From positions 310,001 to 374,000 of the forward strand of contig JBDOQK010000007.1 of assembly GCA_040437565.1 (NCBI GenBank): a stretch of DNA of 64,000 nt. Reading direction: 5' to 3'. Below, piece after piece: positions 36,525 to 49,844 of the stretch (positions are counted from its first letter, which is position 1; each line of letters begins with the position of its first letter). The DNA comes from Albugo candida. Taxonomy: Eukaryota. The notes beneath the pieces were generated by a model that saw only the letters and a list, made by a program, of their open reading frames with translations, was not told the DNA's origin and made no database searches. The position numbers and the translations under genes are program-made.

Positions 36525-39392
36525 TTATTCCGTCACAGTTCCATAAGCCGTGCTATCCTCAAGCTGATTGAGCAGATCGTTTTGGCTTGAGCCACATGGA
36601 ACCAATGCTCTTGAAAGCAAATAAGTATCAAACCTAGCAACTAAGGTCAACTTAGTACCTGACGAGTATAGTAATTCTCTTCTTATTGAGAGTTGAAATT
36701 TTCCCATCCTTTACCATATCTTGGATGGAAGCAATTGGTTCCTTCTACATAGAAAAATCAATTTCTTTGATAAAACTTGACACGAGAGCTTGGACCCTAC
36801 AAGGATGAGGGCGACATCTTGGAGCTGCACAATGGTCGGAAGAAATTTTTCTGCTTGAGCGGTCGAGTCGTACGCATTCACACACTATCGATGTTTCATG
36901 ATTGAGAGCCCGAGCACCTCAGAATACATAGTACCTCTAGAAGCTGGGATATAATGTGATGCAGCTGCGGGCTTCGACTGACACTAATCACCTTCAATAT
37001 ATATGAGTATTGCAGTCTCTCAAAGATATATTGCTTCACAACCTCCTCATTCACAATGCGGTCCAGAAATGCGGCAAGCATAGGTTCAACCATTAGGCCG
37101 AGAGTGCGCTGGTACAATCCGCAGGGTAAACCTTCCTTCCATGGCAAGCTTATCTTGCTAATCTTGAAATTGACCATTTTCACAAAATCCTCATACTGAA
37201 CCAAAGGTGACACCGCAGATGGCCACTAAAGGTACGGGTCAGAAATACTAAATTCGCTTGCATTGTCTCTTACGGGAAGCGCTTGCACTTTTGTGAGAAA
37301 TTCTCTCTGGACAGAAAGAGTGAATTTTGAGAGACTTTTCTCGGCGCTTTGACGAAAGATCGGTACGAGATCAATCATTGCGACTTTGGCTTGAATTGAT
37401 CTCGGAAACCTGGAAGAAGAGAGGCTTGATATGGTTTTGTTGAATACACTTAGCAGAACGCGCACCGTTTGGCGTAATGGAAGCCAATACTCAGCATGTG
37501 GTATGTGATATACATGCAATCGTTGTGATAAAGCATGCAAACTCGTCCGTCATTAATAATTGAGTCCGCATACAGAGCCGGAACCATCATTTGGAATAAA
37601 AAGAAGAGGTCTCTAACTGCACCAAGCAAGATTTCTGCACTGCGCTCATCAATTTTACTCGCTTCCATGAGTGTTTGATGGGCTAATTCCACCATGTCAT
37701 GAACACAAGTAGAGATCCGATAGTCTGGCATCTGGAAATACATTGGTGCAAAATCATCACCGGATTCTTGTATGCTTATGCCAGATACGGAGCTTGGGTT
37801 TCCTCTATCCAGATCTTTTCCTTTACCACAACTGCCAACATAATCCGTGTTGAACAGGCTACAACGCTCGCTGGCACCGGTGACTTTGATCGAGTCGCAA
37901 TAATTACGCCGTATGTAGTCTCGGCCCAAAGAAAGAATAGAATGAACGCGCCTTTTTGCATGAAAGCTACATAGGACACGTGAAAAAGCTTGAGTACCAG
38001 AACATCTGGTCGACGTCGACAATTTGTATCTCACTTGTGGATGTGTTCTGCGAATTTCAAAAGATGATCAGGGATGGACGGTTGGAGATCTCCAGTGCTC
38101 AATATATCCACAAATTCGCTCACCTAAAATTTTCATGTTACGAAAGGACTTTGTCTTTTTCAGAAGTGTACCGATTCCCGAAATTGGGATGCTATTGTAG
38201 CGAGAACCGAATTGTCTTCCGGGAGTTGGTTGACAAAATAATCAAGAAGCTTTTTTTCGAGGTTTCCTTGTCCTTTCCACAAGAGCGCCATCCACTTGCT
38301 GCGCAACATGGCCTTCTCTGTGAATAGTCGGTGAGAGAACTCCTTGAGCACTTCAGCGATCTGTAATATCTTTCTGTGAAAGAATGATTGTTCACTGCTT
38401 TTTGCGACTGACGATTCCGTTTCAAGTGTCGTATTTTTCGCCTCGTGAAGCCTCACAATGCTACAATCTTGATCACTCTTAATTCGTAGCTTTTTGGTTT
38501 TTGATGATTGCAGAAATGGACTTATGATGTTTTCCACGATATGCTCCGCACAACTCTCCAGAAGTTCTATTTCTATGCCCATTACTTCCGCTGCGCTCCA
38601 GAGTTCTGTACATGATACTTTATTTTCTTGTAACGACTTGACTGTGACGTTATCCTCCGGCTTTGTGACTGTAGAAGAGATACGAACAGCGTTATCTTCC
38701 CAGTGCACTAGTTCGGCAAAGAACCGGTATATGTGAGTTTCCACACGGCTTTTCTTCTTCAGCCATTGTATCTCCATTACCGTAAGAATGTTCAGGGTAG
38801 ATGCTTTGTCTACGTTTTCTTCATTATTTTCTAGATCTCTCAGCATTGTCAGCATCGCTTCTGCATTTTTTGATAGATTCGACGCCTTCACAAGTTCGCC
38901 CTCGGCAAGTAAAGCATCAATTTGATGCAGGTGAGAGTCTATTAAGATGATCTTCTCTATCAAGAGGAGCATTTTTTCTGATTTTTCGATTTGACTTCGT
39001 ATTCGCTGGCTCTCAGTGTACGAAAACACGCATTGAGCATGAAGGGAAGGCGCACAAAGCTTTTTCTCAGTCGATTTATCGGGATAGTCGACCTGTAATT
39101 GCTTCATGACTTTATGCAACTGAAAGCTCAGCTGTGAGAGAGCTGAATGCGACCCGGTATCCGGATTACTTTGCGTTATCTCGTGGTATTTGGACGCTAA
39201 TTTAATCGCTTGTTCGATTGAAATGGATGAAGAATTTGTGTAGAAAGAGGTTAACGAAGCAGTGACATCTGATCGTATTCTAGCTATCTCTGAATACGTA
39301 TTTTCAATTTTTCTGAGAAAGGTCGAATAAGTATTAGTACAATAGCAAATAGACATCATGACCTACTGCGTCAAGTCTTCGATCGCGCTCAT
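36525..39392 (-). CDS. ZW10: Centromere/kinetochore protein ZW10 homolog, multi-exon
   Basis: PDYRISTCVHDMVELAHQTLMEA...AVRDLFFLFQMMVP..Y and LYHNDCMYITYHMLSIG resemble ZW10. Start MSAIEDLTQ followed by a GT-AG intron. Stop at 36525. Confidence 0.82.
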
Positions 39393-39616
39393 GCTTTTGT
39401 GGTCGTAAATAGTGTGGACAACTTTACGGAGGACACAAGCCACGAATTTGACAGCTCTAAGTCGTGACTTGACAATTGCTTGTATACAATGCTACTATCA
39501 ACATAAAAAAGTGAATCTATAAGTAATCCATTCGTTGTGAAATGCAGCGCTTTTTCAAGTGGCGTGGAAGAGCTTCCGCATTTCATGTAGTGTTACATAA
39601 ATTAGGATATTTCGTA

Positions 39617-41388
39617 ATGCAAGAATTGGAGGTCGATGCATGTGACGCGATTCGCTTGATGCTTCAATTTTTCAAGGAGAACGGATTTTACAATTCTTTC
39701 AAAACCCTGCAAAATGAGTCGAATGTTTCTTTCAATACAGTAGAATCTGTTGAATCCTTCTTAGATGACGTTAAGCACGGACGATGGGAATCTGTGCTTC
39801 GACAAACAAAAGGTCTGGCAATCGATGCCTCCCTCATGATGGATCTGTATGAGCTCGTCATTATCGAAATGGCTGAAATGAATGAGCTTGACGTTGGGCA
39901 TCAATTATTACAGAATTCCGTTCCTATGCAGGTGATGAAAGCGACCTTCTCAGGAAGGTATGTTCATGCTATTCACCAACGATAAGCTGTTCACATATTC
40001 AAATTAGATACAAGCATCTGCAAGACACTCTGAATGCACTTCACTTTGACGAAAGTGCAGCATATGGAAAATTATCAAAGCAAAAAAGAAGGAATGAATT
40101 GGTAGCGGCATTCAAACAAGTGGTAAGCAAGGAGCATTTTTGGGCTCCAATCGTGCAATAATCAAGATATAGTAGATAAGTACCGCAGCACCATCGAGGC
40201 TACTTAGTTTATTGGGCCAAGCACTCAAATGGCAACATATGCAGGCAAGTGATGCAGCCATATCATTTTCGTGTTTTTAAAGTACTTGCAACTACAGGGT
40301 CTTCTTGTTCCGGGAACAAACTATGATCTTTACCAAGGCGTTTCAAAGCATTACCTTGTTGATCAAGTCGATGAAATGATACAGAAGTCTACAGGAAAAA
40401 TTAAGTTTTCTAAACGATGCCCACCACAATGTGCGCGATTTAGCTTGGATGGGCAAATGCTTGTAACTGGCACAAAGGACGGCTTCATCGAAGTATGGGA
40501 TTATGAGAAATGTAAATTACGGAAGGATTTGGAGTACCAAGCCAGAGTAAGTGCGATTACAAACATGGGACGACATAGAGGCAATGACAGCCCTTGTTTT
40601 AGGAGGAGTTTATGATGCATGATCAAGCCATCACTGCGGAGGGATTCAGTCTGAACGGAGACATGCTAGCGACCGGTAGTGAAAGTGGCCAGGTTAAAGT
40701 CTGGAAGATACTGAATGGTGTTTGCTTGCGCCGGTTTGATAATGCTCACTCACAAGCAGTCCACAGCATTTCTTTCTCGAAAGATAGTACCCAAGTCCTA
40801 ACCGCATCTTTTGATGAAACCGTGCGAATTCATGGACTTCGCTCTGGAAATATGCTTAAAGAGTTTCGTGGTCATAACGGTCACGTGAATTCCGCTATTT
40901 ACTCTCCTGATGGAGCAAAAGTCTTCTCATCATCTTGTGATGGAACACTTCGAGTCTGGAGCACAAAAACAGCCGAATGCATAGGTGACTTTCGTCCTCC
41001 AGATACCTCGTATAATGGTGAAATCGATGTACTTTGTGCCCTTATCGTTCCATCCAACATTGCGGACTCAAGTATGATTGTATGCACGCGTTCGACGTCC
41101 ATGTATCTTGTGAACATGGACTTGATCGTCAACCGAACGTACACAATAGATGGTATTTATGGAAGCTCGCACGGAATATTTGTATCAGCTTCATTATCAC
41201 TTTTTGGAAGCTTTTTATACGGTCTTACAGACAAAGGATATCTTGTTTGTTTCGATACTAAAAAAGAAACAGTGGAATCAGTCACTCAAGTAAGTAAGGA
41301 AGAGCCATTCGGACTTTGCTTCCATCCTCATCGCAACGTCCTTGCGACTTATGGCACTGATGGATATGTCCGCCTTTGGCGCGCATAA
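39617..41388 (+). CDS. SMU1: WD40 repeat-containing spliceosomal protein SMU1, multi-exon
   Basis: LisH/CTLH start DAIRLMLQFFKENG..SFKTLQNESNVSFNTVESVESF..DVKHGRWESVL. PSRLLSLLGQALKWQ, DGFIEVWD...KLRKDLEYQA, RIHGLRSGNMLKEFRGH, HPHRNVLATY. Confidence 0.95.
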
Positions 41389-41488
41389 TAATTAATATAC
41401 ATGACTGGCTTCTTTTTGTAATTTTAATATTACATAGGGCTATTTTGTAAGCAGAATAGGCACATTTCCAAGTATTGGCGGGGAAAAA

Positions 41489-42118
41489 ATGACGTGGAAT
41501 ACTGGCTTACTTCCCCTATTTCTGCTTTTTTGCGTCTTTGACGCGGGTGTTTCACTGTTGTTTGATGTTCCATCGCATACGCAAAAATGTCTGACCGACC
41601 AAATTTCAAAGGGAAGTTTGGTTGCTATCGATTACGCTGTTGTTGGAGTTACGAAAGGGCAGACGAACGTGGGAGTACACATAACCGACCCCACATACAA
41701 AGATCTAAGACGTGACGACAACATTGACCACTCCGTAGAGAACACGGGTTCCCTGGTATTTCACGCCGAAGTAGAAGGAGACTACCAAGTGTGTTTTCAC
41801 AACCTGAACGATTATACTGCTCGCATTATGCTAGATCTCAGGTATGGCGTAGAAGCAAGAGATTACTCCGAGGTGGCGAAGCGTGAACACCTTATGCCGG
41901 TCGAGAAAGAATTACGGAAATTGGAGGATTTGGTGGATGAAATCCACAAAGATATGCTTTACATGCGTGAACGAGAATCTCTTATGCGAGAGACGAATGA
42001 GTCAACCAATTCACGCGTCTTGTGGTTTAGCTTTTTCTCAATATTGATGCTTGTGGGGATAGGATCATGGCAAATGATGTACATGAAGAAGTTCTTCAAA
42101 AGCAAAAAGCTAATTTGA
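41489..42118 (+). CDS. TMED10: p24 family delta subunit (emp24/gp25L; GOLD domain, TM, C-terminal KKLI)
   Basis: Signal peptide, GOLD cysteines, MRETNESTNSRVLWFS, and C-terminus KKFFKSKKLI. Confidence 0.92.
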   Translation: MTWNTGLLPLFLLFCVFDAGVSLLFDVPSHTQKCLTDQISKGSLVAIDYAVVGVTKGQTNVGVHITDPTYKDLRRDDNIDHSVENTGSLVFHAEVEGDYQVCFHNLNDYTARIMLDLRYGVEARDYSEVAKREHLMPVEKELRKLEDLVDEIHKDMLYMRERESLMRETNESTNSRVLWFSFFSILMLVGIGSWQMMYMKKFFKSKKLI

Positions 42119-42409
42119 AACAAATCAAGTCTAAGGCGCAATCAAGACATCGGGCACACATTTGAACTGTTATGCCAATGAATCCGATAACGCTAATAGC
42201 AAATTGTGTCTTTCTGTTCCCTGTTTACCCCCTCCACACAAGCTCAATACTCGAGACTAACGGACTGACGCTACCTCAATTAAAACCTATGAAAAGCTGA
42301 TACCTGACATGATCCACGGAAATTTTTAGAGCCACCTGATGCCACCATTGTGTCATTGGCTAAATCTGCTACTTTAATTCGAGATTCGAAATTTCGCTTA
42401 AGATTGATA

Positions 42410-43379
42410 ATGTCTCCACCATCCGGCCGTAAAAATGCTAGTCCTCGCGATTTGCTAAACGGCGGGATACTCCAATGCGTTGAAGCAGCAACCCTCGGCA
42501 TGCCTTTCGAGGTCTGGAAAACAAGAATGGGGCGATATCGCCGAGAAACAACCCTGGAAGCTTTTCGAAATGTCTTGAAGGAAGGAGGAGGAATAGCTGC
42601 TTTCTGGGCAGGCACAGGACCAAAAATGGTGGAATCGGCGACGAAGGGAGCGATTTTGCTGTATTCGAAAGAAGCTATTGCCAATTCGTTGCTCTCTATG
42701 GGAGTTGGTGAGGGTCTGACGGGTTTCATGGCCGGCGCTGGTGGCGGTGTCTGTCAGGTTGTTGTTATGGGTCCATGTACGTTTCTTGTGACTGCTGCGG
42801 TGACGGGAGATAAGTCAATTTCAACTTCTCAACGGATACGCAATGTGTTCGCTGCCCACGGGATCAAGGTAAGAGCAATTTCCTCTACTGATTTGATGTG
42901 AACTCTCGCCACCTATATAGGGATTTTATCCGGGTGGAACAGCTATCGCTTTTCGTCAAGCAACCAATTGGGCTTCTCGTCAGGTAATTGATAATTTTTC
43001 TGCTCTCTTAAACAACTTGATTACTCAGTCGATTGTAAAGGGCTTCACAGAGATCGTACGAGGTCGTTTCAAAGTATGGTTTCACGGTGACAAAAACGCA
43101 AGGCTTACAGTGCCCCAAGAAGCAGGTTCTGGGATTATTGGAGGAGCACTTGCTTGCTGGAATCATCCTTTTGAGGTTGCACGCATCCAAATGCAGTCCG
43201 CTGCTGATCGAGGAGAACCACAACAAAATATGGTCCAAGTCTTCCGTACCGTGATAAGAGAACAAGGATATCCGGGGCTTTTCAAAGGTATAATTCCTCG
43301 TCTTGGGCTTGGCATTTGGCAGACATTATTCATGGTCACAGGTGCCAAATTAGTCAAACAAGCTTTGTCGAAAAATTAA
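42410..43379 (+). CDS. Mitochondrial carrier, YHM2-like (citrate/2-oxoglutarate carrier subfamily), 3 exons
   Basis: EAATLGMPFEVWKT, ESATKGAILL, AFRQATNWASR, WNHPFEVARIQMQS and GIIPRLGLGIWQTLFMV parallel yeast Yhm2p motifs. Confidence 0.85.
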
Positions 43380-43541
43380 TCTATCGTTGTACCAGTGAAT
43401 TGCTGCGATAATAATAATAATTTTGAAGATGTACCGCAATGATTCTTTCCACCAATCACTTCAATGAGAGCCCACTTTATTGGATTGGCTGAATTAAGAC
43501 GAACTGGTTGAAGTAGAGTTGAAGTTGACTGAGAACTCATA

Positions 43542-45043
43542 ATGCGCGCATTTCGCAGCTTCTACCAAAATTTAGAGCAGCAAAAAAGGAAGAAATGCAT
43601 GAAGTTCTGCTCATTGAATGCACCTCATACGTCGTATACGGCTGCCACGATGGTCAAGACCGAAACTGACAATCGTACAGAGAAAATGAACATGGTTACT
43701 GCTATAAACGATGCTCTGAGAATCGCTTTGTCAGCCGACCCAACATCAATTGTTTTTGGAGAGGATGTAGCATTTGGAGGAGTCTTTCGTTGCACCATGG
43801 GATTGAAGCATGAATTCGGAAGCGACCGTGTGTTTAACTTTCCACTTTGTGAACAAGTTGAGTGTAAGTTAACTTTTTAGGTCATAATCTAAGAATTCAT
43901 TTTGCGTAGGGAATCGTAGGCTTCGCTATTGGCTATGCGGCCGTCGGGCATACCGCAATTGCAGAAATTCAATTTGCGGATTACATCTTCCCAGCCTTTG
44001 ATCAGGTTCCGATGTTACGATTTGGCAATAGCATAAGTGTACCTGACACTTCTCTCTGCGCCTAAGATTGTGAGCGAAGCTGCTAAGTACCGCTACCGCT
44101 CTGGTGGAGAATTTAGTTGCGGTAAATTGACAGTGCGTGCACCTTATGGTGCCGTGGGTCACGGTGGTCATTATCATTCACAATCTCCTGAGGCGTATTT
44201 TTCTCACACACCAGGACTGAAGGTTTATTTTCATGATTTATGGTAGACTCAATTGACGTTTTCTTCATAGGTGGTTATGCCTAGAGATCCAATCAAGGCA
44301 AAGGGACTACTTCTTGCATCCATAAGGGATGACAATCCAGTTATTTTCCTCGAGCCTAAAGCTTTCTATCGAGCAACCGTGGCTGAAGTATTCTTGCCAA
44401 GCTCGCAGCAATCCACAACAGAATCTTACAAATTTGTCCGCTGGTATAGGTCCCGCTGGGAGATTACATTGAACCATTGGAACGGGCAGAAATCGTCCGG
44501 CGTGGAAATGACGTTACTATTGTCGGTTGGGGATCCCAAGTAAAGCTTTTGGAAAAGGTCAGTCAGGCACGGTTATCTGTATGGTAAGTAAGTGCTCATG
44601 AGGTGAGGATTTTCAGGCGTGCGATATGGCCAACAAAATCGGGATTAGCTGTGAATTGATCGATTTGCAAACAATTCTACCTTGGGATGCTCGAACGATT
44701 GAGCAGTCCGTCCGAAAAACTGGGCGTTTAGTAGTCAGTCATGAAGCTCCAGTACGTACGAAGCTATAGTAGTTTCATGCTAGCGGTCTTATCGTCCCAA
44801 CATTGCAGAAAACAAGCGGTTTTGCCGCTGAAATTGCTGCAACAATCCAGGAACGATGCTTTCTCAGCTTGGAAGCTCCGATACAGCGAATATGCGGTTA
44901 TGATGCTCCATTTCCACTGATATTTGAGAAGGTTCTCACGTCATTTGAAATAAGGATCGTGTGCTTTTGACTTTCTTTTTTAGCACTATCTTCCTGATAC
45001 CTTGAAGATTTTTGAAGCGATCAAAAAGACAATGCAATTCTAG
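43542..45043 (+). CDS. BCKDHB: Branched-chain 2-oxoacid dehydrogenase E1 beta subunit, multi-exon
   Basis: [103 protein letters not shown] at 45041-45043. Confidence 0.95.
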
Positions 45044-45628
45044 GGCATATGTTTACGGGATACCATCTGACTAGTGTCCTCTTCTCGGTAAAATGAGCTT
45101 CGCAAAATATCAATATCTCGTTTCTTTTTCTCAATGCATTCGAGATCAATTGGGCTGGACAACATCGTTACGTAACGCTTTCTAGTACAGCTTCTTAACC
45201 AGTATCTTACAACGTCTTTTGAGTATTCATAAAGATGAACAGTTATTGTGGTTAGCGACCGCGAGGGATGCACGAGTTGTCCAGCAAAGAGCCGCATACT
45301 TAGCTGCACCTGCCGATGCATGAATATGCGTAGGATAGTAGAAGCGAGATATTGTCACATTCGATACGAGACGATCTCTGTAGCGAAATGGGTGACCGCA
45401 CCCTTATTTTGTGGTATCGCTATCCAGTACAGAAAGAAATTTTGGGAGTTGCGGACTTGGCGTCTTTGAACGCGCACTGAACGTGGTAAGCAAACATCGA
45501 AATTGTCCTGCTTGTTTAGATATTTTCATTACATCTGGTTTCTTCTTCACTGTGGACGAAATATACAAAGAGCTCTTCCATTTCTGCCTCTAAGGGCCAT
45601 TTTCGTAAAGCTTGTTCGAATTGCGTGC

Positions 45629-48600
45629 CTAACCGCCACGAAACGCGCAATAAGTGATGTTGAATTCCAGAGAAGGGGGCGTTGGAATTGCTTGGGGTCG
45701 GTCGAATGCAGCGTCATAGTACCCTTTGAGCAAAGAGACGTATTGTGCCATAGCTTTCTCGACATAGATTTCAAGTCTACGCTCGAAGTATGGAGGATGA
45801 GCATTGTGTTTCAACTGGTCCGCCAACATCTTAAAGACGACATCAAGCTTGCTGACTAGCGATAAATCCACTGATAGCTCCTCATCACTCAAGCTTTCAC
45901 GAAAAATAGCATTCTTTGCGCTGCTGTGTTCTCTACGCAAGCGCGCACTTGTATCCCATCGGAGAAGATCCCGTACTGCCCGTGCGCCACTACTTTCATC
46001 TGTTTCGGAGCCTCCGGTTCCGTTAGGTGACCGAAAGATTGTTTGAGCAAGATCGCTCAACTGTGTCCAATACATTGTGACCGGTGAAGTGATAGGCGAG
46101 AATTCGCTTGCCTTAAAGTATGGCGTATTCGCAAGCAGGACTCGGTCTGAAGAACAGGGGAGTGCTAAGCGATTCGACAAGGCCATTCGATAAACCACAA
46201 GATGGCAAAATATCTTTCGGACTTCCTCATTCCAATGGAGAAAAAAGTTGAAAAAGTTTTCACGAAGAAGAGTTTCACCAAAAAGACGTTGCCGGCCATT
46301 TGGTGGAATTAAAGCTGCATTGAGTCGACATCAGAATGTGAATTTCCAGCGATAAATATGCTAATCGTACCGATGGTGGTGTACACAAACGTCATGATCT
46401 TCAGCAGAATTTCAACATGGAGCGAGCCAAGCGCTGTTTGTATTGCTTTAATGAAGTAGTCGCTGTCAAATGTGACTGAAACATTCAAAACAAATCGAGG
46501 AACTATTCCACGGACACAATCATGCTGCGATGACCATAATTGTCGACGTCCGCTTCTTGGACACGTAAACGCTGCGATCATCAAAAGTCGCTGCAAAATG
46601 GTGATTGAGTAATTGACGCTTGCTGAATCTAGGATGTTTGTTCCCTCCAGTGCAACCTGATACAGCGTATTAGTTCAATTTTAGCGTCTCAGCAAAAACC
46701 AACCTGGACAAAAGGATTCACAAGCCAATTGTTCTGAAAAATTTCGGTGAAGTCATCCAAGATAGGTGCAAGATCACGATGATGCCAATACGCTGCCCAG
46801 TAATCCTCTAGTGGGTTTTCGACATGCTCTTTAAGGCATGAGATCAATCCAATTGGTTTCAATGTGAGTGAGATCGGATTGACGCTCCCACGAGCCCGTC
46901 GGCGGCATATTTGTCGAAACAAGTTGAAGACAGCCCGAACGAGGACAAAGTAACCAGGAATGCAGTGCCATATCATGGCATTTGGTACTTTTACCTTACT
47001 TCCGTGAACTTGACCGGATTGGAAAATGCCTTGGTGCCAATACCTGACATCTCTGAACAGCGCGACGGTAAATGGTACAATCAATATACTTTCGCGTACT
47101 GGTTGCCGAAGTCGATTTAGAAAAGGTTGTAGCATCTTTTCGAGATCATTGGAGCTGATAACATTTCGGCCCATGAGCAAGGCTTGAGTTTTGCTAGAAG
47201 AAAATAAGAGTGGAATGCTGGAGAGGAAAGCTATGCAATCGCTATCTTCAAATTCTGCCATGTGCTACACAATGTACTGATAGTTTGAGCTGCTCAAAAA
47301 ATGTCAAAAAGCTTCCTACCTGTTCGAATGCGACTTTAAGAGTCACGTCCACATCTTTGTAAATCAATCTACTACTCCCCTTCGCTTTACAATATCCCTC
47401 ATTGATTACAGGCGATTCTTCGGTCTTCATATGTGCAAAAAATTGACTGAGAACAAACTGCTTGCACTCCCTCGAGTCAACTGCTCCCATATCTGTATCG
47501 ATTCGATCTACAATGCATGGTCAGCCTGCAGCGCACGAACAAGAAAGACTTTGCATACTTGGCTTGATTTCGTGCCAATCACNNNNNNNNNNNNNNNNNN
47601 NNNNNNNNNNNNNNNNNNNNNNNNNNNNNNNNNNNNNNNNNNNNNNNNNNNNNNNNNNNNNNNNNNNNNNNNNNNNNNNNNNGTAATCCTCTAGTGGGTT
47701 TTCGACATGCTCTTTAAGGCATGAGATCAATCCAATTGGTTTCAATGTGAGTGAGATCGGATTGACGCTCCCACGAGCCCGTCGGCGGCATATTTGTCGA
47801 AACAAGTTGAAGACAGCCCGAACGAGGACAAAGTAACCAGGAATGCAGTGCCATATCATGGCATTTGGTACTTTTACCTTACTTCCGTGAACTTGACCGG
47901 ATTGGAAAATGCCTTGGTGCCAATACCTGACATCTCTGAACAGCGCGACGGTAAATGGTACAATCAATATACTTTCGCGTACTGGTTGCCGAAGTCGATT
48001 TAGAAAAGGTTGTAGCATCTTTTCGAGATCATTGGAGCTGATAACATTTCGGCCCATGAGCAAGGCTTGAGTTTTGCTAGAAGAAAATAAGAGTGGAATG
48101 CTGGAGAGGAAAGCTATGCAATCGCTATCTTCAAATTCTGCCATGTGCTACACAATGTACTGATAGTTTGAGCTGCTCAAAAAATGTCAAAAAGCTTCCT
48201 ACCTGTTCGAATGCGACTTTAAGAGTCACGTCCACATCTTTGTAAATCAATCTACTACTCCCCTTCGCTTTACAATATCCCTCATTGATTACAGGCGATT
48301 CTTCGGTCTTCATATGTGCAAAAAATTGACTGAGAACAAACTGCTTGCACTCCCTCGAGTCAACTGCTCCCATATCTGTATCGATTCGATCTACAATGCA
48401 TGGTCAGCCTGCAGCGCACGAACAAGAAAGACTTTGCATACTTGGCTTGATTTCGTGCCAATCACTTTGTGATTCATGGCCAGTATTTGTTGGCGAAGAC
48501 ACTATTTTTTCTCTTTCGATAGACTTACCCTTTCTGGGACTCATAACCATCTTCGAAAGACCCTCATTAACCGCAGCTATTATTGTCGATGATGTGCTTG

Positions 48601-49570
48601 GAAACCGCAAGTAGATTCCAGCATACATTTCTCCAATATACTGCAAAGATTCCGGTGGAATCGTGAGCGATCGATTCAATTGCAAGGCTGCGAACTGTGC
48701 ACCGCGGCACAACAATTTATGAAATCGCTCCAGCACTTTACCGATACCACATAGGCCATGAACACGAATATATGAATGGTCAATTTTCAGCACGAAATAG
48801 CTCACGCTTACACACCCTCTAAATTAACACTGATTAGATCTGTTTGCTCGAAAAGCTGGTAGCCTTGAATGAACTCCGCTCGCCGACTTATACAGGCCGT
48901 CAACTGCAAAAATATGCCGTGCGACCGATTTCGGATCGGTAAGACTTCGCACATGTCGAGCAAATATTCCCTGAGATGGGTCAAGCAATTGGCTAGTCAT
49001 AGGTAATTATGATTCATTCTGCATCGAAGAGCTAGCGTACCACAAACTCAGCAAGCAAGTTTGACCCATTACTAGTGGAAGCGTCTTCTTGAATGGAATT
49101 GAACGATAATACTGTTCCCAAAGATAGCTATGTGTCTTTTCCTGCTGCTCGATACTTTGGGAAGTGTCCACAGACAAATTACGGCTGTTTGCCACTTTTG
49201 AACGCCCGCTTTCGCGTATTGTTCGATCGATCTTAATGTTCTCCTTTTTATTATCTGCTCCCCAATCTGAATAATAAAAATATGGCTCTTGAAGTAGTGC
49301 TTTCATTTCCGTGAGAGCGACAACCTTCTTCTCCAGCTCCCAGCCATTTAGTTCGACATGCTTCTTATCAAATCCGCCCACTAGGGAATTTGCTTGATCA
49401 TAATTATGGTTCGTACTTCCGCGAGGCGAAAATACTGTCCATTCTCGTGTTTTCGAGAGGTTTCGCAGCTGATGATGCAGTTGAGAAGTAAATCGTAGAT
49501 GTGTAGAAGAAGATTCACGATCGATTGGTGGTGACTCTGTAAAAGAAAACTTTTCACTCCATCCGAACAT
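45629..49570 (-). CDS. Conserved hypothetical multi-exon protein, probable DUF1765 family (contains an assembly overlap)
   Basis: Series of minus-strand exon ORFs. GIYLRFP, WHCIPGYFVLVRAV and FFNFFLHWNEEVRKIFCHLVVYRM resemble DUF1765 proteins. The start is uncertain. Confidence 0.6.
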
Positions 49571-49844
49571 GCTTTCTACGTTAGTAGCTGCTTGTAAGCG
49601 TCAAATTACACGCTTGAAAATTTGCGTACGTGTGGAATCCTGAGTAGTTGTCGCGGGGTACGCGTTTCATGTCCCAACTACCCTGCCGCATCCTTATACT
49701 AGCCGGTCGATGCAGCCATATGCGAGCTGGCATCATTTCCTTTTCAATGTCGAGCAAATAGAGAGTAGAGTTTGCTCTCAATCCGTTTGGCATAGGAATG
49801 ACAGGCTGAGAATGAAGAAATGTGATAAAAGGTTCTACCATTGC

